Origin: a virus
Strand: one strand, 5' to 3'
DNA length: 64,000 bases
IMG/VR virus record: IMGVR_UViG_3300045988_164636
Coordinates: 32,001 to 96,000 of that record
Shown here: piece by piece, positions 7,092 through 16,831 of the stretch
Layout: the number at the start of each line of letters is the position of its first letter
Position numbering within the stretch: position 1 is the stretch's first letter
The notes under the pieces: generated by a model
What the model was told of the DNA's origin: nothing
What the model saw: the letters and a program-made list of their open reading frames with translations, nothing else
Database searches by the model: none
Made by a program: the position numbers and the translations under genes

Positions 7092-7976
7092 ATGCCTATT
7101 ATGCAAGGTAACAAGCAAGTTGCAAATGTTTATAATATAAATAACAATTTTTATTCTATGCCTATTGGTTGCATCATTCCTTTTAGCAGTAATACAATTC
7201 CTGCAGGTTTTTTACTTTGTGATGGTTCAGAGGTATCAAAGGCGGATTATGCAGATTTGTTTGCTATTATTGGAAATATTTATGGAGCAGCAATAGATAC
7301 AAGTAAATTCAAGTTACCTGATTTAAGGGATGAATTTGTACAAGGTGCTAATAATAATTTGGGCACGGGTAAAGATGCTGGACTTCCGAATATCACCGGT
7401 ACGTTTTATCATGATACAAATGCAAAAGCTGGACTATCAGGTGCGTTTACATATAAAGGTACAGGTCGACAAAATTTAGCAAATGACACGCCAACAAATT
7501 CTGGTCTAGTAACATTTGACGCTTCAAAATCAAACTCAATATATGGTAACTCAAACACAGTCCAGCCGCCGGCGGTTTGTCTTAATTATATTATTAAGGC
7601 TACAAATGTATCTGATATACCCATAGATACGACAAATATTATTGATGATACAACAACTACCGCAACAGATAAAACTTATTCTGCTAATAAGATAAATAAT
7701 ATGATGGCTATATTCCCTTTTAAATGGGAATTAATAGGAACCTCTTCTTCAGAAGAAGTTACAACTTTTAAGCAAACAATGTCAAGCGGAAGTCCTTTCT
7801 GTGTATATCACAGTTCTGGAATATTCTGTTTCGGTAATGGCATTCCCGCCAATAGAGGAAAACTCTACGGAATGACTACTGGAGCAGTTGCTTCTGTTGA
7901 ATATACTACTGCAGGTTTACTTACAGTACAAGTAACTGCCGGAACAGCTTATATTTATGAAATGAAAACAATATAA
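7092..7976 (+). CDS. tail-collar domain fibre protein
   Basis: IIPFSSNTIPAGFLLCDGSEVSKADYADLFAIIGNIYG...FKLPDLRDEFVQG matches the phage tail collar domain pattern. Confidence 0.75.
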   Translation: MPIMQGNKQVANVYNINNNFYSMPIGCIIPFSSNTIPAGFLLCDGSEVSKADYADLFAIIGNIYGAAIDTSKFKLPDLRDEFVQGANNNLGTGKDAGLPNITGTFYHDTNAKAGLSGAFTYKGTGRQNLANDTPTNSGLVTFDASKSNSIYGNSNTVQPPAVCLNYIIKATNVSDIPIDTTNIIDDTTTTATDKTYSANKINNMMAIFPFKWELIGTSSSEEVTTFKQTMSSGSPFCVYHSSGIFCFGNGIPANRGKLYGMTTGAVASVEYTTAGLLTVQVTAGTAYIYEMKTI

Positions 7977-8060
7977 CTATTTGCAATTCCATAAAATTTT
8001 TGATATAATATAAATAGAAGATGAATTTAATATTCATTTTCTATCCCCTTTCTATTTACT

Positions 8061-8101
8061 CAGCAGTTAGATATGGAAATTATCTAGCTGCTGTTTTTTT
8101 A
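8061..8101 (+). terminator. rho-independent terminator of the plus-strand fibre genes
   Basis: Stem cagcagttagata / tatctagctgctg, followed by tttttttt. Confidence 0.75.
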
Positions 8102-8103
8102 TG

Positions 8104-8136
8104 CAAAAAAATAAAAGGGTACGATTGCTCGTACCC
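8104..8136 (-). terminator. rho-independent terminator of the minus-strand lysis/structural block
   Basis: Stem gggtacg / cgtaccc. The A-run on the plus strand is a T-run downstream on the minus strand. Confidence 0.7.
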
Positions 8137-8180
8137 TACACAATAGTAAATCCAAAACCAAAAATATGGTTTAAGATTTT

Positions 8181-9416
8181 TTATTTCAAAATTAGGTTTT
8201 TCACATTTACTGCGGCAGTTACTTGATTATTAAGTCCAATTACCGCTCTATCTCCAACTAATTCAAGAACTGTAAATTTGGTACTATATACCCAAGAAGA
8301 TAATGTGCCACCATAATAATCTTTGGCATTTTTCTTTACCATTACAATTGAACCTTTATTTATTTTCGTTGACTTGTTTGTCTTTTTATTTGCTAAGTAC
8401 AGCTTTGAATCTAATAATATTGCAGTAACTTTTCCTTTTAATCCGATAGTAATATTTTTGCCATTTACCGCTAATACATCAAATACAGTATGATAAACCC
8501 AAAAAGCTAATTTAGCTCCATTGATAGCTGTTGCATTTTTTACAACTCTAACTTTATTACCCTTCTTAAATTTAGAAGTAGTAGTGGTGGTAGTAGTAGG
8601 TTTCTTTACTGTGGAAGTTTTTACAACAATCAGATCTTTTGAATTAACTGCGGCCGTTACCGCTCCATCAATCCCGATTACGACTCTATTTCCAGACACT
8701 TCCATTACATCAAAGACTGCATCATAAACCCAAGAGGCAAGATTTCCGCCGTCGTAAATTTTTGCTCCAGATTTAACTCTTACTTTATCGCCTTTTTTAA
8801 TGGTATTAGTTGTTGGTTTATTGTCGTTGGTTGACTTATATTCTTTATAACATAAATTAGAATCAACATCTTTGCCGCCAATTTTTTCAATACCCCATTG
8901 CCACATAACTTGATTATAATTATATTTACTTGGTATTTTTGGATCATATGTCCAGTTAGCTAACCAAATATCATATTTATTTACTAATCTTGCTTTATCA
9001 AAATAATTTTCAAGCCAAGAGGGATTGGCATAGATACCATAAGGAATACCAATCTCTTTCATTGTATTACAGAAAGTTACCGCCATATCTGTTCTTTGTT
9101 TGGTTGTAAGCATTTCAATTTGCTTTTGTTCTTCCATATCAAAGAAACAAGGATAAGTAGGATTTTGACCTTTTACAACAGAAACGCAAGCATTTAATTC
9201 TTTTTCAAAAGTCTTACCATCTGTTGCTTCAAAGTACCAGTAAAATCCATAAGGAATACCATATTTTCTGCAAGCGGCAAGATTTTTATCAAAATAGCTA
9301 TCCTTATCAGTTCTAATTCCAGCTCTAATGATGATGAATTTTACCCCTGCTTTTTTTGCAGCTTCAAAATCAAAGTTTTCTTGCGCCCTGCTTATATCAA
9401 TGCCTTTAATCTGCAT
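8181..9416 (-). CDS. endolysin: GH25 muramidase with three tandem C-terminal SH3b-like wall-binding repeats
   Basis: KGIDISRAQENFDFEAAKKAGVKFIIIRAG is a GH25 opening. Three ~65-aa repeats follow (KKGDKVRV...WVYDAVFDV..., KKGNKVRV...WVYHTVFDV..., NKGSIVMV...WVYSTKFTV...). Start placed at the second ATG (9416), which has better RBS spacing. Confidence 0.85.
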   Translation of the reverse strand: MQIKGIDISRAQENFDFEAAKKAGVKFIIIRAGIRTDKDSYFDKNLAACRKYGIPYGFYWYFEATDGKTFEKELNACVSVVKGQNPTYPCFFDMEEQKQIEMLTTKQRTDMAVTFCNTMKEIGIPYGIYANPSWLENYFDKARLVNKYDIWLANWTYDPKIPSKYNYNQVMWQWGIEKIGGKDVDSNLCYKEYKSTNDNKPTTNTIKKGDKVRVKSGAKIYDGGNLASWVYDAVFDVMEVSGNRVVIGIDGAVTAAVNSKDLIVVKTSTVKKPTTTTTTTSKFKKGNKVRVVKNATAINGAKLAFWVYHTVFDVLAVNGKNITIGLKGKVTAILLDSKLYLANKKTNKSTKINKGSIVMVKKNAKDYYGGTLSSWVYSTKFTVLELVGDRAVIGLNNQVTAAVNVKNLILK

Positions 9417-9699
9417 TTGAATCATCCTTTCCTTTTGTGAAAAGTTCTTTTATATTGCCTACTAATTCGTATGAACCAGTTGAAGCAAGTCCGCTTGCAA
9501 GTCCGCCTAAAAGTATTTCAGGTGTAAATCCCCAATTATTTACCCAGCAATTAAGAACTACACCGAGAACACCCATAATAAGAGGAATAAACTTATTTAT
9601 TTTATCAGAAGGAATTACATTTTTAATGATAAATCCTATAATAAGACAAATACCTACTACAACAAGTACAATGTAATCTTTTAAAAAGCTAATATCCAT
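9406..9699 (-). CDS. holin (phage_holin_1 / phi LC3-like)
   Basis: 97 aa with two or three TM segments and a charged C-terminus. It lies immediately upstream of, and overlaps, the endolysin gene. Confidence 0.7.
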   Translation of the reverse strand: MDISFLKDYIVLVVVGICLIIGFIIKNVIPSDKINKFIPLIMGVLGVVLNCWVNNWGFTPEILLGGLASGLASTGSYELVGNIKELFTKGKDDSNAD

Positions 9700-9715
9700 T
9701 TAAAACACTCCTTTA

Positions 9716-10141
9716 TTAAAAAATTTTATATTTAGGTAAAGGTTCTTTAAAAATTAAATACCTTAAACCATCATCAACAAAAATTGCTACAACAGATAAG
9801 CCTAACCATGCAAAACAAAATGGTAAACATATCTGTCCTAAAATATTAAGCGGAAGTCCGCTATAATCCCAAACATTCCAACCTAAGATAATATTAATTA
9901 CTACTCCAGATATAAATTCAAAAGTAGTAATAATTATCATTCCTAGGACTGCTTGAGTTAATAAATTTGGGCGGAAACGGGGATACTCATTGAGTAAGCC
10001 TATCCCCGTAAAGCAAAGCCCGCCGACAATTAGCATAGTCCAATGAGTATTACCTCTAAAAGCAATTTCTATCATTCCATAGATAATTCCGCCTATAATA
10101 AATAGAAAAAACTGCTTAAGAAATTGTTTCATTTTGCCCAC
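9716..10141 (-). CDS. polytopic membrane protein (4 TM; resembles the 'putative ABC-transporter type IV' small membrane family)
   Basis: 141 aa. Hydrophobic segments include FLFIIGGIIYGMIEIAF, MLIVGGLCFTGIGLL and others. Confidence 0.5.
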   Translation of the reverse strand: MGKMKQFLKQFFLFIIGGIIYGMIEIAFRGNTHWTMLIVGGLCFTGIGLLNEYPRFRPNLLTQAVLGMIIITTFEFISGVVINIILGWNVWDYSGLPLNILGQICLPFCFAWLGLSVVAIFVDDGLRYLIFKEPLPKYKIF

Positions 10142-10715
10142 CTAAAATAGTATTCATTATTTCTTGATATTTTTCATTTAATTTTGTAACTCCATAAACT
10201 ACAACTTTAACTTCTTCTGAATTGGTCATTTCATCTACTTGTTGTTTTAGTAAATTACAATAAGTAAGATTATAAGTCTTAAAAGAAGTAATTGCCGCAA
10301 CTAAACTTAGGAACTCTTCAGAAGTATATGTTCTACAAGGGTTACCAGAAGAATGATAAGGAACTGAATTTCCTTGTTGAGCTACTGAAGACCAAGCTAA
10401 CATATTAATTTGATCTTCATCAGATAAATCATAATGTTCTCCATTATAATCATATCCGGAATAAATTAATGACGAACAAGCTTGATTTATCTCTTGCTTT
10501 TTATTTTCTTTTAATTCTTCTATTGGATAGTATTCTTCTATAGAAAGAATTTTTCCAGTTTCATCTGTTTTTGTGATTTTAAAATGTCCATTTGAATTTA
10601 TTATAAAATTTGCAATTTTAGAATTATCTTCAACCCAGTATGGTGCATTGTCATCATATTTAGAACAAGGAAAATCAGGAACCATTGTCCACGATTTATT
10701 TTTAAAAACAACCAT
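10116..10715 (-). CDS. hypothetical protein (possible fibre-assembly or accessory protein)
   Basis: Start moved to ATG 10715 (MVVFKNK), preceded by aaaggaggaag. The upstream in-frame extension would overlap the previous gene. Confidence 0.5.
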   Translation of the reverse strand: MVVFKNKSWTMVPDFPCSKYDDNAPYWVEDNSKIANFIINSNGHFKITKTDETGKILSIEEYYPIEELKENKKQEINQACSSLIYSGYDYNGEHYDLSDEDQINMLAWSSVAQQGNSVPYHSSGNPCRTYTSEEFLSLVAAITSFKTYNLTYCNLLKQQVDEMTNSEEVKVVVYGVTKLNEKYQEIMNTILGGQNETIS

Positions 10716-10728
10716 CTTTCTTCCTCCT

Positions 10729-11379
10729 TTAAATATTGTACCAAAGTAAAGATACTCGGCCTGGAATTGTTTCGCATCCAATTCTTATTTTTTGATTTTC
10801 ATCAAAAGAATAAGTTACTACATTATTATTAAAAGACATAATATTTCCAGATGTATTTATTTGAGGAACGTCTAAGCTTATATACCCCATATAACTATTT
10901 CCTTCAATTGTAATCATTGTTAATATAATTACTCTATTTTTATTTCCATCTGCTGGATAAGGAAATTCTACATATTTTGGGTCTTCAGTTGTTGTCCATA
11001 TTCCATTATAATTTAGAGTATTTAATCCTAATGTTCCATTTATTTTTGGTAGAGTTAAAGTAACTGGTTGAGTTAAATCATTTGGACTACCAAACTGAAC
11101 ATAATTTGTATTATTTCCATATATACGGAAAATACCTTTTCTATGTTCATTTCCAGATAAGCTATTTCCTATTGCTAAATAATTTATTGAAGGGCTAGAA
11201 ATATTATAAGCTAAACCTTTGTGTATATAACGGTTATCTTTTTCTTTATCACTTATTATTGGATACACCCATCCACCATTATCACTAAATTGATCAATTG
11301 ATAAAATTTTTGTTTTATCATCAACATATTTTTTATTAACAATATCTTCATCTTTTTCAATAGGAGCAATTAATTTCAT
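10729..11379 (-). CDS. hypothetical structural protein
   Basis: 216-aa ORF with RBS aaggaggaat, lying in the fibre/baseplate gene run. Confidence 0.55.
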   Translation of the reverse strand: MKLIAPIEKDEDIVNKKYVDDKTKILSIDQFSDNGGWVYPIISDKEKDNRYIHKGLAYNISSPSINYLAIGNSLSGNEHRKGIFRIYGNNTNYVQFGSPNDLTQPVTLTLPKINGTLGLNTLNYNGIWTTTEDPKYVEFPYPADGNKNRVIILTMITIEGNSYMGYISLDVPQINTSGNIMSFNNNVVTYSFDENQKIRIGCETIPGRVSLLWYNI

Positions 11380-11394
11380 TAGAATTCCTCCTTA

Positions 11395-12237
11395 TTAAGC
11401 TATATATCTTACTTCATACGTATTTTCCGCAAGAGTTCCTGTACCTACAATAGTAATAGTAATCACATTACCTGAAATTGATATATTAGGATAAACTTGT
11501 TCTCCAGTATCCACCTCAAAAACAGCGACTCCATTAATTGTCGCGGCAGCCGGACCTTCTGAAGTAACAGTCCATTTATAAGAGCCTCCTGAAGCTATAA
11601 TTGCACTATTTTTCTTTGTGTAGATCAATGTTTCTTTTTCATCACCTGAAGGAATATAGTCCCATGTAGGTGTTACTGCACTAGCAATAAACACATCTCC
11701 TACTTTTGCAGCTTGACCTGCATATGTACCAGCCTCTGCAACTTTATATGTATCTCCTACCTTAACATCCGTACTAGGTAATCCCGCAGTACTGGTAACT
11801 GTTCCCTTATAAGTCATTCCTTGAACTGTACTTATTTTAGTGTCTACATAATCATAAACTTCTTGTAAATCTGTAGTTAAAATATCTTTATCAAAAACGA
11901 CTGTGTTAACTGTTTCGCCAGTTTTTTCACCTAAATTATAAATATCTTTATGTTGTGTAATTTTTAAATGGAAGCCTCTTTTAGTTGTTGATTTGACTAA
12001 ATCAGTTTTTTCAAAAGTGTAAGTAAATTGTGTATCAGTATCTGTATCTGTGGATTCTCCGCCAAAAGCAATCCAATCCGTTCCATTATACACTTTTGGT
12101 TTATTATCTACAGTATCATAATACATCTGTCCTGCTTTTCCATTGTCTGGATGCGCCGCAAGATTTTGTAATATAACATTTCTTAATTCATTTCCATTTA
12201 AATTTAAATGTACTAAAATTTTATTTTCTGCTGACAT
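11395..12237 (-). CDS. hypothetical structural protein
   Basis: 280-aa ORF with RBS aaggaggaaatg, tightly packed with its neighbours. Confidence 0.55.
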   Translation of the reverse strand: MSAENKILVHLNLNGNELRNVILQNLAAHPDNGKAGQMYYDTVDNKPKVYNGTDWIAFGGESTDTDTDTQFTYTFEKTDLVKSTTKRGFHLKITQHKDIYNLGEKTGETVNTVVFDKDILTTDLQEVYDYVDTKISTVQGMTYKGTVTSTAGLPSTDVKVGDTYKVAEAGTYAGQAAKVGDVFIASAVTPTWDYIPSGDEKETLIYTKKNSAIIASGGSYKWTVTSEGPAAATINGVAVFEVDTGEQVYPNISISGNVITITIVGTGTLAENTYEVRYIA

Positions 12238-12251
12238 TGTTCATTTCCTCC

Positions 12252-12518
12252 TTAATTTAAATAAGCTTTTCCGCCAAAAGCTCCATTGAAAGTTATTCTT
12301 AAATTATTATTATCTATATATTCAACTGCGCCCATTACTTCATTATTAGCACTATCTATAATGGTAACAGATGGATATTTTTTCATATTATGCTGAATCT
12401 CCCAAACACTTGCGGCAATTGCTTGCTCATATATAAAAGTATCTGTTAGTATTTTTATCTTTTGAAAGACGTGTTTTACGCCTTCTTCATCTAAATAATT
12501 TTTTGTACTATCTGCCAA
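12252..12518 (-). CDS. hypothetical protein
   Basis: 88-aa ORF with RBS gggggaat. Confidence 0.5.
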   Translation of the reverse strand: MADSTKNYLDEEGVKHVFQKIKILTDTFIYEQAIAASVWEIQHNMKKYPSVTIIDSANNEVMGAVEYIDNNNLRITFNGAFGGKAYLN

Positions 12519-12530
12519 GTTAATTCCCCC

Positions 12531-15272
12531 TTAAACAAAAACTTCATTCCAAATATTATCTAAAGCCTCATTTGATATTGATGAACCTAATAACACTCCA
12601 TCGCCATTGATGATGTTACCGGCTATAGTTAAATTACCTTGATAATCTAATTCAAGAGCATTAGATCTTTTTTCATCAGATATACCATTTCCCGCAATAA
12701 ACAAATGATATGACTCTTCATATAAGGTTTCATCAATAGTATCTCCTGTAAAAATTATTCTATCACCATCTTGATTATAATATTTTTTACCTTTAACCCA
12801 TTCTGTATCAGATGTTTTAACATATTCTCCAGATGAATTTAATTCATAATAATCTTTTGGAGAGCTTGGTTTATAAAACTCTATAATAATTTTATTCTTA
12901 CCTTTGGAATCAAAATAATATATTTTATCACTTTGAATAGTATTATCTGATGTTAAGAAAAAAGTTTTTGTATCTTGATTAAATTCACCTATGATAGTTG
13001 CAGATTTTTTAGATTGATTATGAATAAGATAATTACCTAAAAGATTTTGTAGACTACCTTTTATATTATTACCATTGCCTATTACAAAATTATTCGCTCC
13101 TTCAATACTGTTTAAACTATTAAAAGCAGTATTACAAGAGCCAGTTATCTTTTGCCCCGTGCCCGCAACAATATTATAATTTCCACTAATATTTGAATTT
13201 CCACCGCCAATTAAATTGTAGCTTCCAGAGCAATCTTGATCTCCACCCATTAATAAATTATAATCGCCAGAAAAAGAAGAAGTGCTGATAGTACTGGCTA
13301 TATTACCTATCCCAGAAGACATTTGCAATCCATTTGATAAAATTAAATTATAACGTCCAACTATTTCATTATCTTGACCAGATATAATTTGCCCACCACC
13401 ATCAACATCATTTCGTTCTCCACAAATGATATTTTCGTAAGAGCCACTATTAAATCCTACTCTATTTCTCATTCCAGAGATGATAGAACGATTATCATTT
13501 TGAATAGTATTTTCTAATCCAGATATAATACTATGAGAGCTACTACTTATTTCATTCGATTGTCCACTTACAAAAATATTATTAGAATTATTAATTTTAT
13601 TATAATAACCACTGGAATGACAAGCATTTCCACCAATAATTTCATTACCTTGATTTTCCACATGATGATAATGACCGCCTATAATTTTAGTATAAAAACC
13701 TTCTGCATGGCTAGTTTGTGCATTATCAATAGTTGCACCATGTCCTTCTACATGGCTCCCCATTCCTCCATTAAGCAAGGTATTAGAAAAACCTTCTGCG
13801 TGTCCAGAATTTGTATTTTCTAATCTATTTCCATGTCCTTCAACATGAGCCGCAGTATTTTTTAAATTACTATTATTAAAACCTTCCGTATGAGTAAATT
13901 CACCTTTAGCTTGGTTATTATATCCTTCAATATGGTTATATGCGTAACGTTCATTTCCTATTTTTTCATTAGAATTTTTTTTAACCCACTTTTGATTATC
14001 GCCTTGAAAAATATAAGATTCAATTCCTGCAGCATGATTTTTTTTATAGAATTCAGATTGAGTTAATATATTATTATCACTGATATATTCTTTATTTAAA
14101 TATATTGTAAATGAATCCCCATTTTCCGCATTTGCAATAGTAATACCATATTTAGATAAATCTACTTCATTATCATCTAAGTACCATTTTTGAGAAATAA
14201 TTGTACCTGTATTATTAATTTCTTCCACATAAGTAAAAAACATCTCATTTTTTGAATAATCAACAGTAGCATTAATTAATATTAAAGAATTAAATTCTAC
14301 AGTTAAAGATTCTGATTTAATTAATTCTATAGTATAATTATTTAAATATTCCCAATTTAAATTAGATTGATTATTATATTCTGCTATATTAGTAATATCA
14401 GTTCCATAAACTACGTTTTCTTTTGTTGCGGCAGACGGATGTGATAAATAAATTTTATTTATTAATTGGAAAGAACCGTCTTGATTTGTTAAATTTTCAA
14501 TAGTTAAAACATTTGCCGCATCATAGTGTATACAAAATAAATTATTTCCTATTTCTTCATCTTTTGTAAAACTATATCCAAAATTATTTTCATTATTTAA
14601 ATATATTGTAGTAATATAATTATTATCTTGTGCTTCAAGAGTATTGATTGATAATAATAAATTTACACTATCAATAGAAAGAGGAAATGTCTTAGCTAAA
14701 TAATATCCAGTATTATTATATATTGTTAAATTGTCTGGATTTTCTGGAATATTTGCGGAAGTGTATAATTTAATAGAATTGACATCTTCTTGAAAAATAT
14801 TTGTAAGCATTAAATTAATATCTTGATATAATGTTAAATCAATTTCATCTCTTACTATGGTATACCAGTTATTATTCTTTTGAATATAATTATAATTGAA
14901 AATATCTATATTAACTGAATAACTTTCAACTATAAAAGATTGCGGCAGATTAATATCTTGTAAACTAAAAATTAATTCTTCATTATTAATATGATAGTTA
15001 TTACTATTTTCAACTAAATTAATTAATTTAATATTAGAAGAAATATTTAAGATAGGATTACCTGCATAGGCGTAATATTTGTCAGTAGTATCTGCAATTA
15101 TATTCTTTCCGCCTTCAATGTGATTATAAGGTCCAAGAGCAAGATTACTCTCATAGTCATTAAATATCTCACTCGTATAATATCCTTCTTGATATTCACC
15201 AACATCTTTTTGTCTAAGCCAAGATGTAACTTGATATAATCCTTCTCCATCTAAATATCCATTCTCCGCCAT
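12531..15272 (-). CDS. large tail fibre / adhesin with YadA-head-like (Hep_Hag-type) repeats
   Basis: 913 aa. The central region has a periodic H.EG motif (HIEG, HTEG, HVEGHG, HAEGFS, HVEGHG, HAEGFY) and then G..N.I.G-type beta-helix repeats. Confidence 0.65.
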   Translation of the reverse strand: MAENGYLDGEGLYQVTSWLRQKDVGEYQEGYYTSEIFNDYESNLALGPYNHIEGGKNIIADTTDKYYAYAGNPILNISSNIKLINLVENSNNYHINNEELIFSLQDINLPQSFIVESYSVNIDIFNYNYIQKNNNWYTIVRDEIDLTLYQDINLMLTNIFQEDVNSIKLYTSANIPENPDNLTIYNNTGYYLAKTFPLSIDSVNLLLSINTLEAQDNNYITTIYLNNENNFGYSFTKDEEIGNNLFCIHYDAANVLTIENLTNQDGSFQLINKIYLSHPSAATKENVVYGTDITNIAEYNNQSNLNWEYLNNYTIELIKSESLTVEFNSLILINATVDYSKNEMFFTYVEEINNTGTIISQKWYLDDNEVDLSKYGITIANAENGDSFTIYLNKEYISDNNILTQSEFYKKNHAAGIESYIFQGDNQKWVKKNSNEKIGNERYAYNHIEGYNNQAKGEFTHTEGFNNSNLKNTAAHVEGHGNRLENTNSGHAEGFSNTLLNGGMGSHVEGHGATIDNAQTSHAEGFYTKIIGGHYHHVENQGNEIIGGNACHSSGYYNKINNSNNIFVSGQSNEISSSSHSIISGLENTIQNDNRSIISGMRNRVGFNSGSYENIICGERNDVDGGGQIISGQDNEIVGRYNLILSNGLQMSSGIGNIASTISTSSFSGDYNLLMGGDQDCSGSYNLIGGGNSNISGNYNIVAGTGQKITGSCNTAFNSLNSIEGANNFVIGNGNNIKGSLQNLLGNYLIHNQSKKSATIIGEFNQDTKTFFLTSDNTIQSDKIYYFDSKGKNKIIIEFYKPSSPKDYYELNSSGEYVKTSDTEWVKGKKYYNQDGDRIIFTGDTIDETLYEESYHLFIAGNGISDEKRSNALELDYQGNLTIAGNIINGDGVLLGSSISNEALDNIWNEVFV

Positions 15273-15300
15273 ATTTTTCCTCCTTTCTATCTTATTTTAT

Positions 15301-16056
15301 TTAATCATCAGCAACTTCCATTGCTAAAAAAACTACCGTACTATTTCCACGATCTGTAGTAAGACCTGTAAATTTAACTACATAAGAATATAATAATCTA
15401 TAATATTTTCCTTTTGAATTAATAACTTCATTTTTATTAAAAATTCTATTAGTAGCACAACTAGAAACTTCATATAAACTATTAAAATTTCCTTGTATTA
15501 CAAATAACGGTAATTGATTTAAAGTTATCGAAGGAAGTTCTGTTGATAACCATCTTGATGAAAAATTATAATTATATATTTGTTCTTTATAAATATTATT
15601 GTTTTGTATAAAAAGATGAGCCTTCGGATCTATATTGGATTGATAATGTAAATTGCCTAACCAAAATTCAAAATAGCCAATTTCTTTTTGATAACCTATC
15701 CCAAAGTCTAGAATTCCTTCAGTAAAACTGAAACTTATTATATCTTTATTTGCACTTATATTATAATATATTTTCTTACAATCATTTATCAAGTCATTAG
15801 TCCTGCTGCTGGTTAAATAATTGTAAATATATTGGTTATTATTTATTAGATATTTGATAGATAATAGAACTGAATTTACCTGAAATCCTATTCCATTCTT
15901 TTTTTCTAAATCGAAATATATCATTGAATTATCATTGTCAATAGAACTATTTAAAAATATTGATGTTATAATAGGATATATAGCTTCTATGATACAAGCA
16001 GATAAAACACTTGCAGATGAAGCATTTATGTTGATTGATTTATCTATTAAACTCAT
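15301..16056 (-). CDS. hypothetical structural protein
   Basis: 251-aa ORF in the same operon. Confidence 0.5.
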   Translation of the reverse strand: MSLIDKSININASSASVLSACIIEAIYPIITSIFLNSSIDNDNSMIYFDLEKKNGIGFQVNSVLLSIKYLINNNQYIYNYLTSSRTNDLINDCKKIYYNISANKDIISFSFTEGILDFGIGYQKEIGYFEFWLGNLHYQSNIDPKAHLFIQNNNIYKEQIYNYNFSSRWLSTELPSITLNQLPLFVIQGNFNSLYEVSSCATNRIFNKNEVINSKGKYYRLLYSYVVKFTGLTTDRGNSTVVFLAMEVADD

Positions 16057-16058
16057 TG

Positions 16059-16256
16059 TTATTCCTCCTCAATATAAATACTTAAAGGAGTATTAACTAT
16101 ACCCAGAATACCTTGTTCAAAAGGATAACTGATAACTCTATCTTCATAGATTATCTTTTCAGTTTCTTTTTCTATAATTTGCATTCCGCTAATAGAAAGT
16201 CCTTTCATGGCTAAACCTAAAGCTAAACCTTTTTCAAATCCACTTTTTTCTGCCAT
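16059..16256 (-). CDS. hypothetical protein
   Basis: Start moved to ATG 16256 (MAEKSGF), preceded by ggggtga. Confidence 0.45.
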   Translation of the reverse strand: MAEKSGFEKGLALGLAMKGLSISGMQIIEKETEKIIYEDRVISYPFEQGILGIVNTPLSIYIEEE

Positions 16257-16260
16257 ATTA

Positions 16261-16680
16261 TCACCCCACTGAATTAAGTATATCATAAATTTCTTCTGAA
16301 GTCAAAGGGCGGCAACTATCATCGCTTATATCTAAGCCGCTTATATCTATATTTTCCCTAGTAGATTGATTAAATATACCAGTAATATATCCTTCTTCAT
16401 TTTTATTTATAATAAAATTATTTAGGATCGATTTATTATTTAACAAATAAGTTAAATCAAATCCTTCTTCATTAAAGTCAATAGCAGTAGTTTTGGGAAA
16501 AATATTTTCATCTTCCATATTAGTAACAAATAATATTCTTTTTAGTTCATTATCAATAGTACAATCTAAATAAATTTCTTGCGTATCTAAAACAAAAAAT
16601 AATTGTCCAGATATTAAAGGATAATTATCTAATTTATTAGATTTTAGTCTAATTGGTATAAATAAAGAATTTTTCTTCAT
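16261..16680 (-). CDS. hypothetical protein (first gene of this minus-strand operon within the window)
   Basis: 139-aa ORF with RBS aaaggagtatg and an upstream TATAAT in the 16681-16760 divergent region. Confidence 0.5.
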   Translation of the reverse strand: MKKNSLFIPIRLKSNKLDNYPLISGQLFFVLDTQEIYLDCTIDNELKRILFVTNMEDENIFPKTTAIDFNEEGFDLTYLLNNKSILNNFIINKNEEGYITGIFNQSTRENIDISGLDISDDSCRPLTSEEIYDILNSVG

Positions 16681-16769
16681 TTTATATCATACTCCTTTTA
16701 TCTCAATTCTATATTATAATAAAAAAATTTTTAATATAATCAATTTAAACTGCCCATTTGCTGCATTAG

Positions 16770-16798
16770 TTGACTTTTTTAAAAATTTTTGTTATAAT
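16770..16798 (+). promoter_or_regulatory. promoter: TTGACT-N17-TGtTATAAT
   Basis: TTGACT at 16770-16775 and TATAAT at 16793-16798 with an extended -10 TG. It is 34 nt upstream of the RNA ligase start. Confidence 0.65.
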
Positions 16799-16831
16799 TA
16801 TTACAGTAAAAAGAAAGGAAATGATAAAAAG

